Shown: positions 40,575 to 50,635 of the stretch, piece by piece
Layout: each line of letters opens with the position of its first letter
How positions within the stretch are numbered: position 1 is the stretch's first letter
NCBI GenBank assembly: GCA_963762255.1
Contig: CAVXKA010000002.1
Location: 1,088,001 to 1,152,000 of the forward strand
DNA: 64,000 nucleotides
Direction: 5' to 3'
From: Candidatus Eiseniibacteriota bacterium
Lineage (GTDB): Bacteria > Eisenbacteria > RBG-16-71-46 > JABDJR01
Notes under the pieces: generated by a model
Database searches by the model: none
Seen by the model: only the letters and a program-made list of their open reading frames with translations
What the model was told of the DNA's origin: nothing
Translations under genes and position numbers: made by a program

Positions 40575-43500
40575 CTACTTGAGCAGCACGACCCTCTGCG
40601 ACTGCGAAGCCGTTCCAGCGCGCAAGTGCACGAAGTACACGCCCGGCGGGAGATCGCCGGCGTCGAAGCGCAGGGTGTGGAGACCCGCGGCCTCACGGCC
40701 TTCCGCCAGTGTTCGCACCTGGCGGCCGCGCACGTCTAGAACGCGCAGGGTGACCGGGGCCTCGGCCGACAACTCGTAGGAGAGCAGCGCGGAAGAGCCG
40801 AACGGGTTGGGCGCAGCGGGCAAGAGCCGAAGTACCGGTCGGGCCTCGTCCCGCCCGGGCACCGCGGTGGTCGAAAGAGGGAACGCATACCACTCGGCCG
40901 CGTCGAGGTTGCCGTCGCCGTTACCGGCCGGTGCTTGCGCGGTCAGCGCTCCGCCGTCCGCGGTGCCGTAGCGGGCCACGGCCACGTAGACGGTGGCCGG
41001 TATGCTTCCCAACTCGCCGGCGAGGTCGAGCGTGCCTTCGAGAATGCTCCCCGCCGACACCGCCGTCGCCCCCTGTTGGTCGAACCAGCCGCACCAGTTG
41101 TTGCCGCTCTCGTTGCCGATGAAGGCCGCCCAGTTCGCGACCTGACCCGACTTCGCCCACGGCGCGCCACGCAGCGCGAGCTGCGAGCCCGCGACGAGGA
41201 TGAACACGTCGTTGCCCACTCCGCTTGCGGCCTGCGACGCCATGTAGAGCTGGCTGCCGTTCCAATCCAGGTAGAGATTCACGCCCGCGTTGCTCGAAAC
41301 AAGTTCCGCCGACGCGTCGAGCTGCCCGTCCATGGTGTACGTGGTGGGGGGCGTTCCTCCGGAGACGGTCACGTGCCAATCCGACCCGCTGTTGTTGTCC
41401 CAGGTGCCGTCGTCGTAGTGAAGGACAAAGTCGAGCACGGTCACTGCCTGCGCGGGATCGTTGAACGGTCCCAGCGTGATGGTGAGGTCGCTCCCCGAAA
41501 CCGTCATCGGTGTCTCGACCGCCGGACCGGTGCCGTTGTACAGCGTCGTGCCGGCGGGCCGGTACGCCGCGATCGGCAAACCGAACGAGTTCACGCCCCA
41601 GTGGAGCTTGCAGGGCGCCGTGGTCCCTGCCACCGTGATCGTGATCGTGTTGTCTTCGGTCGGCGCGGTGGGGACCCAAGACACGCCGCCTCCGCCCGTG
41701 CTTCCGCCCTCGCCCACCCACACATGCTGGATCGGCGAGCGGCTCACGTTGCCGTGGATGTCCGTCGCCTCCACGTAGTAGTCGAGCAGCGTGTCGGTGA
41801 GCCCGGTGATCTGCGCGGCGTAGCGCTGGGCGCGGTAGAGCGGCATCGGGTTCGTCCGTGAGGCGATGTCGCTCGCGGTGCACGCGACCGAACTCCAGGC
41901 ACCCACTCCAGACCCGCCGGCATACGTGTCATTCGCCGCCGACGACACCGGCAGCACCCCGTCCGCGTCCGCGCGGTATTTGAGCGCGACCGATCCCAGC
42001 CCGCTCACGTCGTAGACGTAGGTCCACACCTCGAAGTCGCTCGGTTGGGCGATCCCCCACTCGGTGCCGCCCGGGTTGTAGGGCTCGCGCTGGGGGATGA
42101 AGATCGAAGGCCCGGTCAGGTCGGTCTGCCCGGCAATGACCGGCTGCGCGTACTGCACCGCCTGGTTGGCGGCGCGGGTCGGGTGCGAGTCCCAGATCCC
42201 GTCCTGCGCGCCGTCCCAGTACCAGTAATCGCTCGCCTCCGCGTTGAGCATGTATTTCCACGCGTTCACCGTGCCCGCCGCCAGCGGGTTCACCTGCTCC
42301 GCGGTGAAGACGATGTTCTTGGCCGCGGTCACCACCGCCCAACTGTTTCGGTCCGGGCTGTAGCCGTCGGTGGCGGGGTCGCCCAGCCACTTCTTGAACT
42401 CGGGATCGCCGTTGTCGGCGCCGCTCCAGCTCCCGTTCTCGACGTGGATCACGTCGCTCGACGCGGGCGGGAACATCTCGAGATAGTCCTCCACCGTCGT
42501 GCACACGAAGCGCGACGGGTTCGCGGAGAGCCAGTCCACGAACGCCTGGAAGTTGCTCCCGTAGTAGCTGTCCGTGCCGCCGCCGTAGTTGTCGCCGTCG
42601 TGGTGGAGCACGATCAGGAGCGGATGCGTCGGGTCGGTGTTGTAGGACTCGAGCTGGCTCATCACGGTGTCGTAGAGGAGCGCGCCGAATCCCCCGCGGC
42701 CATCCTCGTTGCCCATATAGCGGTCGGCGGGGACCGCGACGATGCTCGACACCGCCCCCGTTGCCGGGTCGCGGTACTCGACGATGTGCGGTTTGTGTCC
42801 CCACGCGCCCGAGATCTTGGTCGGAGCCCAGAGGTTGGTGAGCTGCACCCAGTCGTTGGGGTTCGGGTTGCGGATGTCCGCGCCGTTGGGCTCGTAGAGA
42901 TTGCCGGCCGTGCTGAACGGATAGCCGGCGGCGGCGCGGTCGAAGTGAGCGTTGTCGATCAACACCCACTCGATACCCTCGGCGGCCAGAGCCGGGATCA
43001 TGCGCGGTGTGAAAGCGTTCTCGGGAGGAAACATGCCGCGCGAGTAGGCACCGGGGAAGTTCGCGGCCATGGTCGTCTTGTGCGATTGGATCTGCTTGCG
43101 CAGGTCGATGGTGTCGATGAGCCCCATGAGCGGGTGGTGGTAGCCGAAACCGACCAGATCCATGCGCGGGTTGCCGAGCGCTGTGCTCTGCGACTTGGCG
43201 TAGTTCCAATTCCCCTTCCACCCGATGAAATTACCGTTGCCCGCCGCCTCCAGGTTGTTGAGGTTCTCGATCAACGACCCCGTCAGGCTCACCTGCGCGC
43301 CGAAGTGTCCCATCCCCGCGTTGATCCCCTTCTGCACGGCGTCTTTGGGCCAGCTCGTATAGGGACCGGTCCGCTGATTGTGGATGTCCACCACCGAGTA
43401 GCTATAGCGCGCATTGGCGTCGGTCACGAGCAGCGACTCGTAAGGCCAGTAGATCGGCTGGTGCATGTGCCAGAGGAAGGCGATATAGATGGGGGGGGTG

Positions 43501-43610
43501 GTTGCGGGCACCTGCACCGGCGGGGCGGGGGCGGGCGCGGCGTCAGCCGGCAGGGTCCGGGCCGGGGAGATCAGAAGGGCGGCGAGAAGCAATAGCCAAG
43601 TGTAGCGCAT
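40575..43610 (-). CDS. Secreted GH57-like glycoside hydrolase with carbohydrate-binding modules and a FlgD-Ig/T9SS-like C-terminal domain
   Basis: WHMHQP, FPPE and HDGDN; LHWG..WDNNSGSDW (CBM-like); C-terminal PNPF..LDVRGRQV..GVYFVHL. Confidence 0.8.
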   Translation of the reverse strand: MRYTWLLLLAALLISPARTLPADAAPAPAPPVQVPATTPPIYIAFLWHMHQPIYWPYESLLVTDANARYSYSVVDIHNQRTGPYTSWPKDAVQKGINAGMGHFGAQVSLTGSLIENLNNLEAAGNGNFIGWKGNWNYAKSQSTALGNPRMDLVGFGYHHPLMGLIDTIDLRKQIQSHKTTMAANFPGAYSRGMFPPENAFTPRMIPALAAEGIEWVLIDNAHFDRAAAGYPFSTAGNLYEPNGADIRNPNPNDWVQLTNLWAPTKISGAWGHKPHIVEYRDPATGAVSSIVAVPADRYMGNEDGRGGFGALLYDTVMSQLESYNTDPTHPLLIVLHHDGDNYGGGTDSYYGSNFQAFVDWLSANPSRFVCTTVEDYLEMFPPASSDVIHVENGSWSGADNGDPEFKKWLGDPATDGYSPDRNSWAVVTAAKNIVFTAEQVNPLAAGTVNAWKYMLNAEASDYWYWDGAQDGIWDSHPTRAANQAVQYAQPVIAGQTDLTGPSIFIPQREPYNPGGTEWGIAQPSDFEVWTYVYDVSGLGSVALKYRADADGVLPVSSAANDTYAGGSGVGAWSSVACTASDIASRTNPMPLYRAQRYAAQITGLTDTLLDYYVEATDIHGNVSRSPIQHVWVGEGGSTGGGGVSWVPTAPTEDNTITITVAGTTAPCKLHWGVNSFGLPIAAYRPAGTTLYNGTGPAVETPMTVSGSDLTITLGPFNDPAQAVTVLDFVLHYDDGTWDNNSGSDWHVTVSGGTPPTTYTMDGQLDASAELVSSNAGVNLYLDWNGSQLYMASQAASGVGNDVFILVAGSQLALRGAPWAKSGQVANWAAFIGNESGNNWCGWFDQQGATAVSAGSILEGTLDLAGELGSIPATVYVAVARYGTADGGALTAQAPAGNGDGNLDAAEWYAFPLSTTAVPGRDEARPVLRLLPAAPNPFGSSALLSYELSAEAPVTLRVLDVRGRQVRTLAEGREAAGLHTLRFDAGDLPPGVYFVHLRAGTASQSQRVVLLK

Positions 43611-43764
43611 CACAAACCCCCGTTGGACCGGTCCAAGCCACGTAGACATGGGCCCGAAACGTGGTTCATTATACCCTACGCAGGCTCGGAAGTGTCTCGC
43701 CGGATGATGGCTCCCGGGGCCTTACAGCTAGGATGGAGACACCCCCCCTGCGGAGGTTACCGCG

Positions 43765-44178
43765 ATGCCCCTCGTCATTCGCCGCGTCGACTACTACTAC
43801 ACCACCGTGCACGATCGGCCCGGCGAGGGGTTCAGGCTCCTGGCGCGGCTCGCCGAGGCCGACGTGAACCTGCTGGCCTTCAACGCCGTGCCGATGGGAC
43901 CCGGGCACACCCAGCTTGTCCTCTTCCCGGACAAGCCGGCGCTGCTCAACAAGCTCGCCGAGGCGGAGGGCTTCGTCTTGCAGGGGCCCTTCGGCGCGCT
44001 CCTCATCCAGGGAGACGACCACCTGGGCGCGCTCGCCGCCGTCCACGAGCGGCTCTTCGCCGCCAACGTCAACGTGTATTCGTCGAGCGGAGTCGCCGAC
44101 CACGGGGGAGCCTTCGGCTGCGTCCTCTATCTGCGGCCGGAGGATCTTGACGCGGGGATCAAGGCGTTAGGGGCGTAG
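43765..44178 (+). CDS. ACT-domain protein
   Basis: DRPGEG..L..ADVNL and DHLGALA..L..ANVNV tandem ACT pattern. Confidence 0.7.
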   Translation: MPLVIRRVDYYYTTVHDRPGEGFRLLARLAEADVNLLAFNAVPMGPGHTQLVLFPDKPALLNKLAEAEGFVLQGPFGALLIQGDDHLGALAAVHERLFAANVNVYSSSGVADHGGAFGCVLYLRPEDLDAGIKALGA

Positions 44179-44217
44179 GTCGGGGGGACGGGCCGGAGCG
44201 ACCCACCGGCACCTCGC

Positions 44218-44973
44218 CTACTCCCGGTGGATAGCCAGCGGTCCCCATGCCTGGCCCGTCGGCATGACCTCCACGCTGTTCACGTTGACATGCGCGGGGA
44301 GGTTCACCACCCAGTGCACGATCTCGGCGATGTCCACCCCGGTCAGCGGCTGCGTCCCGGTGTAGACCTTGTCCGCGCGCTCCTTGTCCCCCTTGAAGCG
44401 CACCACCGAGAACTCGGTCTCGGCGAGCCCCGGCTCGACATCGGTCACGCGGATGTTCTTCCCCAGAAGGTCGGCGCGCAGGTTGCGCGTGAACTGGGCC
44501 ACGAAAGCCTTGGTCGCGCCGTAGGCGTTCCCGCCGGGATAGGGCCAGGCGCCCGCGATCGAACCCACGTTCACGACATGGCCGCGCTGGCGCTCCACCA
44601 TCCCGGGGAGGATCGCCCGCGTGCAGTACATGAGCCCCTTGATGTTGGTGTCGACCATCGTCTCCCAGTCGTCGAGGTCCGCCGACTGCGCGGGCTCGAG
44701 CCCCAGCGCGAGCCCGGCGTTGTTGACGAGCACGTCCACTTCGGCGAAGCGGGCGGGCAGCGCGCTTAGCGCCTCGAAGACCGCGCGCCGATCGCGCACG
44801 TCCAGGGGGATGGTGAGTACCTGGGCGCGGCCCGCGAGAGAGGCCTTCACCTCTTCGAGTCGCCCGGCGCGACGGCCGACGAGCACGAGCCGGCGGCCCT
44901 CGGCGCCGAAGCGCTCCGCGCATGCGCGCCCGAAACCGGACGTGGCCCCTGTGATAAGGACGGTTTGCATCAT
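44218..44973 (-). CDS. YdfG-like NADP-dependent short-chain dehydrogenase
   Basis: TGATSGFG, NNAGLALG, YGATK and EPGLAETEFS. Confidence 0.92.
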   Translation of the reverse strand: MMQTVLITGATSGFGRACAERFGAEGRRLVLVGRRAGRLEEVKASLAGRAQVLTIPLDVRDRRAVFEALSALPARFAEVDVLVNNAGLALGLEPAQSADLDDWETMVDTNIKGLMYCTRAILPGMVERQRGHVVNVGSIAGAWPYPGGNAYGATKAFVAQFTRNLRADLLGKNIRVTDVEPGLAETEFSVVRFKGDKERADKVYTGTQPLTGVDIAEIVHWVVNLPAHVNVNSVEVMPTGQAWGPLAIHRE

Positions 44974-45075
44974 GGCTGAATCTCCTGATCGGGGGACGCT
45001 ACCTTCCGCCCCGCCTTGGGTTGGATTACTGTAGAGTGCCTCGTCGGCCCCTGCCAACCAAGGAGACCGCTGCCC

Positions 45076-47157
45076 ATGGCGTCCGACAACACGAATTCTT
45101 CGGAGGGCCTCGTCCCGCCCCCCGATATCAACCCCCGTCGGGAACCCGCTCTCGACTTCCCCGATCGCGATCTGGGCGGCATGTCCCCCGCGGACTACGA
45201 AGCGATCGGATTCATGGCCGGGCTCGAGGTACACCAGCAACTCCTCACGCGGAGCAAGCTCTTCTGCCGGTGTCCCTCCGGGCACTACGTCACCCACTGC
45301 GACGCCGAGGTGCTCCGCCACATGCGCCCCACCTTGAGCGAGCTGGGCGAGTACGACGGCACGGCCCTCATGGAGTTCAAGACCCACAAGGAGATCGTCT
45401 ACCTGCTCGAGCGTGGCACGGTCTGCACGTACGAGATGGACGACACGCCGCCGTTTCCGATCGACGAGGAAGCGGTCAAGGTCGCGCTCGAGGTTGCGCT
45501 GCTCTTCAACTTGAACCTGGTCTCCGAACTGCACGTGATGCGCAAGCAATACCTCGACGGATCGATCCCGACCGGGTTCCAGCGCACCGCGATGCTGGGA
45601 CTGGCCGGGGCCATCCCCTTCCGCGTGCCCGCACTGGGGATCGATCGCGAGCTGCGCATTCGCCAGCTCTCGCTCGAAGAGGATTCCTGCCGCGAAGTGT
45701 CGGACGTCGGCCATCGCATCACGTTTCGCACCGACCGGCTCGGCATGCCGCTCACCGAGGTCGTGACAGAACCCGATTTCCGCACCCCGCTCGAACTTCA
45801 GGCCGGCGGGCGGCTGATCGCCAATGTCACGCGGACGAGCGGGAAGGTGCGCCGAGGCGTCGGCGCGGCCCGCCAGGACGTCAACGTATCGGTGGCGGGC
45901 GGGCGCCGCGTCGAGATCAAGGGCGTGCCCCATCACCGCGGGCTGCCCGCGCTGGTGCACATCGAGGGCTTCCGCCAGTTGAACCTGCTCCGGGTGAAGG
46001 CCGAACTGGAGCGCCGCGGCGTGAAGTCCGAGACCCTCGTGATCCCCGAAGGGGCCAAGGCGTGGGACACCTCGCCCTTGGTGATCGACGCAAGCTCGGC
46101 GCTTCGCCGCTCCGAATACGCGCCGCTCCGCGACGTCCTGGATCGCGGCGAGATGGCCGCGGCGCTACGGCTCCCCGACTTCGGCGGGTTGCTCACCCGC
46201 CGCACGCAACCCGGGGTGACCTTCGCCAACGAACTCGCCGACCGCGTGCGGGTCATCGCCTGCCTCACCGCGCGCCCGTTCATGATCCACTCCGACATCG
46301 AGGGCTACGGGCTGAGCCACGCCGAGTGGCGCCAGTTGCGCACATCGCTTCGCGCCGCGCCGGGGGACTCGCTGATGGTGCTGTGGGGCCCCGAGCGCGA
46401 CGTCGACACCGCAGTTCGCGAGGTATTCATCCGCGCGCGCGAGGCGCTGGCCGGCGTTCCCGCCGAGACCCGCCAGGCCTACGCGGACGGCACCAACGGA
46501 TTCGAGCGCATCCTCCCCGGCGCGGATCGCATGTACCCCGACACCGACACGCCTCCGCTCCCGATTCCCGACGCGTGGGTCGACGCGATCCGCGTCCATC
46601 CCGCGGAGAGGACGTGGGAGAAGGAGGATCGCTACCGGGCGCTGGGGCTCGACGCTTTCGCCTCGGCGCGGCTCGCCGCAGCCCCCTGGTCCGCGGTCTT
46701 CGACGCCGTCGCCCCCTCCGCGGGCGAACCGGCCCGCCGCCTCGCCTTCGGGCTGGAGAAGCGCGTCCCCCACTTCCGTCGCCGCAGGGTGCTCGACGGC
46801 CTCCCCGCTGCCGACCGCATCGCCTGCGCCGTACGCGCTCTGGAACGCGGGGAGATGCGCGCCGAGGCCTTCGAATCCGCATTCGATCGGCTCATCGAGA
46901 ATCCGTCGCAGCCGGCGGACGCGATCCTCGCCGCCTACCGCGCGACCGCGGGCGACACGGCCAACCTCGGCCGCGCGGTCGCGGATGTCGCCTCGCGCGC
47001 CTCCATCATGGCCGGCAAACCCGCCGAGGCCGTGATGCGATGGGCGATGGGAGAGATTCTTCCCCCCTTCCTCGGCCGCGTGAGTCCGGAGGACGCCGGC
47101 GCGCGGCTGCGCGAGGCCCTGAAGCCCCTTCTGGAGAACACCGCCCATGTCCGATGA
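45076..47157 (+). CDS. gatE: Archaeal-type Glu-tRNA(Gln) amidotransferase subunit E
   Basis: GLEVHQQL..KLFC, RPTLSELGEYD, RKQYLDGSIPTGFQRT, EEDSCR, DRLGMPL, RQDVNVS and PGADRMYPDTD, with the GatE-type insertion. Confidence 0.88.
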   Translation: MASDNTNSSEGLVPPPDINPRREPALDFPDRDLGGMSPADYEAIGFMAGLEVHQQLLTRSKLFCRCPSGHYVTHCDAEVLRHMRPTLSELGEYDGTALMEFKTHKEIVYLLERGTVCTYEMDDTPPFPIDEEAVKVALEVALLFNLNLVSELHVMRKQYLDGSIPTGFQRTAMLGLAGAIPFRVPALGIDRELRIRQLSLEEDSCREVSDVGHRITFRTDRLGMPLTEVVTEPDFRTPLELQAGGRLIANVTRTSGKVRRGVGAARQDVNVSVAGGRRVEIKGVPHHRGLPALVHIEGFRQLNLLRVKAELERRGVKSETLVIPEGAKAWDTSPLVIDASSALRRSEYAPLRDVLDRGEMAAALRLPDFGGLLTRRTQPGVTFANELADRVRVIACLTARPFMIHSDIEGYGLSHAEWRQLRTSLRAAPGDSLMVLWGPERDVDTAVREVFIRAREALAGVPAETRQAYADGTNGFERILPGADRMYPDTDTPPLPIPDAWVDAIRVHPAERTWEKEDRYRALGLDAFASARLAAAPWSAVFDAVAPSAGEPARRLAFGLEKRVPHFRRRRVLDGLPAADRIACAVRALERGEMRAEAFESAFDRLIENPSQPADAILAAYRATAGDTANLGRAVADVASRASIMAGKPAEAVMRWAMGEILPPFLGRVSPEDAGARLREALKPLLENTAHVR

Positions 47158-48535
47158 CAGCACCAAGGGCTACCGCGAACCGTGTGTCGGCGTGATGCAG
47201 CGCTTCGGGATCCGCGTGTGGAGCATCGTCTTTGCCCGTACCACGCGCGGCGACTTCCGCGGACTCGTGCTCCCCCGCTCCGAAACCTCGGATCCGTTTC
47301 ACATCGTATTGAAGCTCAACACCGGCTACAACGTGGGGATCCGCTCCGATACGATCCTAGAAATGCGCGAAGAAGGCTATAAAGAGGCGATCTACAAGAT
47401 CCCGGAGAAAGCGTTTCCGGTGGATCCCAAGAAACCGCGCGTGCGACTGCTGGGAACCGGCGGCACGATCGCCTCGCGCCTCGACTACCGCACCGGCGCG
47501 GTCATCCCGGCCTTCAGCCCCGGCGAGCTCTACGGCTCCGTGCCCGAGCTCGCCGACATCTGCAATCTCGAGACGCTCAAGCTCTTCGGCGTGTTCTCCG
47601 AGAACATGGGACCGGAGCAGTACCTGGAACTCGCGGAGAAGGTCGGCGAGGCCATTCGCGAGGGTTTCGCGGGGGTCGTGGTCGGGCACGGCACCGACAC
47701 CATGCACCACACCGCGGCGGCGCTGAGCTTCATGGTGCAGCGCCCGCCGGTGCCCATCATCATGGTGGGGAGCCAGCGCTCCTCGGACCGGCCCTCTTCC
47801 GACGCCGCGCAGAATCTCATCAACGCCACGTGGGCCGCGGCCGGCGGCCCCATCGCCGAAGTCATGGTGTGCATGTTCGGCCCCACGTCGGACCGCTACA
47901 ACCTGCTCCACCGCGGAACGCGCGTGCGCAAGATGCACAGCTCCTATCGGAGCACCTTCCGCACCATCGGCGACATCCCGCTGGCGATGGTCGAGAACGG
48001 CAAGGTCACTCCGCTCAAGACCGATTACGCCCGCCGCCGCGACGACCGCGAGGCGGAGGTGTTGGCCCGATTCGAGGAGAAGATCACGCTTCTCTACTAC
48101 TATCCCAACATGCTCCCCGACCTGATCGACGCGATCGTGGACAAGGGGTACAAGGGGATCATCATCGCGGGGACGGGGCTGGGGCACGTGAATCGCAAGA
48201 TCTACCCCGCGATCGAGCGCGCGCACAAGGCGGGCGTGCTCATGTTCATGACGCTGCAGACCCTGTGGGGCTTCGTGCAAATGCAGGTGTACGAGACCGG
48301 ACGCGAAATCCTGGGCCTCGGGGTGATCCCGCTCGCCAACATGCTCCCCGAGGTCGCCTACATCAAACTGGGCTGGGCGCTGGGCGTCCATCCCGACGAT
48401 CCGGAAGCGGCGATCGCCCTCATGAAGCAACCCATCGCGGGAGACATGACCGAGCGCGAGCCCCACGACGGGTACTTGATCTTTCAGGGCGGGGTGCCGG
48501 AGATCCAGGACTTCCTGGCCCACGCCTGGAAATAG
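47147..48535 (+). CDS. gatD: Archaeal-type Glu-tRNA(Gln) amidotransferase subunit D
   Basis: N-terminal KLNTGYNVG domain, TGGTIASRLDYRTGAV, HGTDTM, GSQRSSDRPSSD and RKMHSSYR. Confidence 0.9.
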   Translation: MSDDSTKGYREPCVGVMQRFGIRVWSIVFARTTRGDFRGLVLPRSETSDPFHIVLKLNTGYNVGIRSDTILEMREEGYKEAIYKIPEKAFPVDPKKPRVRLLGTGGTIASRLDYRTGAVIPAFSPGELYGSVPELADICNLETLKLFGVFSENMGPEQYLELAEKVGEAIREGFAGVVVGHGTDTMHHTAAALSFMVQRPPVPIIMVGSQRSSDRPSSDAAQNLINATWAAAGGPIAEVMVCMFGPTSDRYNLLHRGTRVRKMHSSYRSTFRTIGDIPLAMVENGKVTPLKTDYARRRDDREAEVLARFEEKITLLYYYPNMLPDLIDAIVDKGYKGIIIAGTGLGHVNRKIYPAIERAHKAGVLMFMTLQTLWGFVQMQVYETGREILGLGVIPLANMLPEVAYIKLGWALGVHPDDPEAAIALMKQPIAGDMTEREPHDGYLIFQGGVPEIQDFLAHAWK

Positions 48536-48583
48536 GTCGGAGCCCAACCGCGAAACGGTGGCGCATCGCAGAGCTGGGAGGGT

Positions 48584-48793
48584 GTGAATATGCGGCGGTC
48601 TCTGTTCGAATTCGCGATCGTGACCGCCGGAAGCAAGATCGCCCAGCGCACCTTCGCGGACCGAAACCTCCCGCACGCCAGCTCGCTCGCGCTGATGCTC
48701 GCGGTCGGGATCCTCGTGCCGTCCATCGCGTCGATCGCGCTGAACCGGCGGCGGGAATCCCCGGCGCTTCGCCAGGCGGGGACCGGCGTATGA
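48584..48793 (+). pseudogene. C-terminal remnant of a PotB-like permease
   Basis: GSKIAQRTFADRNLPHASSLALML resembles the last loop and TM helix of PotB. Its stop overlaps the potC start (ATGA). Confidence 0.55.
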
Positions 48794-49560
48794 GACGGAG
48801 CCGCTTTCCCCTCGTGGTGACCGCCCTCGTCATGCTCTTCTTCTACTTGCCGGTGTTCGTGCTGGTGCTGAATTCGTTCAACGCATCCCGGTTCGGCGGC
48901 GCGTGGGAGGGGTTCACCCTCGACTGGTACCGAAGGCTGTGGTCGGCGCGCGAGGTGTGGCACGCCCTGCGCAACACGCTCTTGATCGCGGTGGGCGCCA
49001 CCGCCGTCTCCACCGTGATCGGCACGACCGCCGCGTTCGCGCTCCACCGGTACTCGAGCCGGCTTCAACAGATCCACTACTTGCTCATCTACTCGCCCCT
49101 CATCGTCCCCGAGATTCTCATGGGGATCAGCCTGCTCCTCTTCTTCGTGGCCATCGGCTTCAAGTTGGGGATGATCACCATCTTCATCTCCCACATCACC
49201 TTCTGTATCAGCTACGTCACCATGGTGGTGCTGGGCCGGTTGCAGGACTTCGACTGGTCGCTCGTCGAGGCCTCCCACGACCTGGGGGCGGGGCCGGGTC
49301 AGACCGCGCGGCGAGTGCTGCTGCCCCTCCTGGCCCCCGGCATCGCCGCCGGGGCGCTCCTCGCGTTCACCCTGTCCCTCGACGACTTCGTGATCACGTT
49401 CTTCGTGGCGGGACCGGGTTCCACCACCCTGCCCTTGCGCATCTACAGCATGATCAAGCACGGCTCCCCGCCGCTCATCAACGCGCTCTCCACCCTTCTC
49501 ATTCTTCTCACCTTCACCACCGTCTGGCTCAGCCAGCGCCTCATGGGGGAAAAACGATGA
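48790..49560 (+). CDS. potC: Spermidine/putrescine ABC permease
   Basis: FTLDWY, PEILMGISL, EAA loop (LVEASHDLGA), SLDDFVITFF and TLPLRIYS. Confidence 0.9.
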   Translation: MRRSRFPLVVTALVMLFFYLPVFVLVLNSFNASRFGGAWEGFTLDWYRRLWSAREVWHALRNTLLIAVGATAVSTVIGTTAAFALHRYSSRLQQIHYLLIYSPLIVPEILMGISLLLFFVAIGFKLGMITIFISHITFCISYVTMVVLGRLQDFDWSLVEASHDLGAGPGQTARRVLLPLLAPGIAAGALLAFTLSLDDFVITFFVAGPGSTTLPLRIYSMIKHGSPPLINALSTLLILLTFTTVWLSQRLMGEKR

Positions 49561-50606
49561 AGCGAGCGATCTTCCCAGTCACCCTACTTGCCGCGGGGAT
49601 CGCCCTCGCCGCCGGCTGCGGCTGCGGCGGCGGTGGCGGCAACCGCGTGCTCAACGTCTACACCTGGGCCGACTACATCAAGCCGGAAGTGGTCCAACGC
49701 TTCGAGCAGGCGGAGCAGTGCCGCGTGGTGATCGACACCTTCGACTCCAACGAGGCCATGTATGCCAAGCTGAAGGCGGGTGCCTCCGGGTACGACATCA
49801 TCACGCCGTCGAGCTACATGGTGAACATCATGGCCGGGCAGGATCTCCTTCAGCCGCTCGACCGCGCGCGTCTCCCTAACCTCGCCAACGTCGATCCCGA
49901 GTACTTGACCATCGCCCTCGACAAGGAAATGAAGTGGAGCGTGCCCTACATGCTCACGAACTCGGGGATCGCCTACCTCAAGAGCAAGGTGGAGAATGTC
50001 GAGCCCACCTGGGCGGTGTTCGATCGCGCCGATCTCAAGGGGCGCATGACCATGCTCAACGACATGCGCGAGACGGTCGGGGCCGCGCTCAAGTTCCTGG
50101 GCTACAGCCTCAACACCACCGACGACGCGCAACTGGCGGAGGCCCGCGACGTCGTGATCCGCTGGAAGCACAACCTGGCCAAGTTCGAGAACGAGCAGTA
50201 CAAGAGCGGAATCGCGTCGGAGGAGTTCCTGCTCGTCCACGGATACAACGGAGACATTCTCCAGGCTCAGGCGGAGAACCCGGACATCGTGTTCGTCGCG
50301 CCCCGCGAGGGCATCTCCGTGGCCTGCGACGACCTGGTGATCCCCAAGGACGCCAAGCAGGTGGATCTGGCCCACAAGTTCATCAACTTCCTGCACGAAC
50401 CGGAGGTGGCGGCCGAGAACAGCGTGTTCATCACCTACCTCTGCCCGAACCGCGCAGCCTACGATCTGCTCCCCGCCGAGTTCCGCGACAACCCGGCATG
50501 GACGCTGGACCCTGAGACACGGGCGCGGAGCGAGGTGATCGTGGACCTGGGCGCGGATAACGCGAAGTACACGAAGATCTGGGACGAGATCAAGGCGGCG
50601 CAGTGA
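49557..50606 (+). CDS. potD: Spermidine/putrescine-binding lipoprotein
   Basis: LNVYTWADYI, FDSNEAMYAKL, GYSLNT and PREG...D. Confidence 0.9.
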   Translation: MKRAIFPVTLLAAGIALAAGCGCGGGGGNRVLNVYTWADYIKPEVVQRFEQAEQCRVVIDTFDSNEAMYAKLKAGASGYDIITPSSYMVNIMAGQDLLQPLDRARLPNLANVDPEYLTIALDKEMKWSVPYMLTNSGIAYLKSKVENVEPTWAVFDRADLKGRMTMLNDMRETVGAALKFLGYSLNTTDDAQLAEARDVVIRWKHNLAKFENEQYKSGIASEEFLLVHGYNGDILQAQAENPDIVFVAPREGISVACDDLVIPKDAKQVDLAHKFINFLHEPEVAAENSVFITYLCPNRAAYDLLPAEFRDNPAWTLDPETRARSEVIVDLGADNAKYTKIWDEIKAAQ

Positions 50607-50635
50607 CCGCGTTGCAGACAAGGGAGGATGTGAAC

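Noticed and set aside
900-43595. Long antisense or alternate-frame ORFs (e.g. 900-2741, 4627-6627, 22625-25354, 25480-27687, 42045-43595)
   Set aside because: Shadow ORFs expected at high GC; they overlap well-supported genes and have no recognisable motifs.
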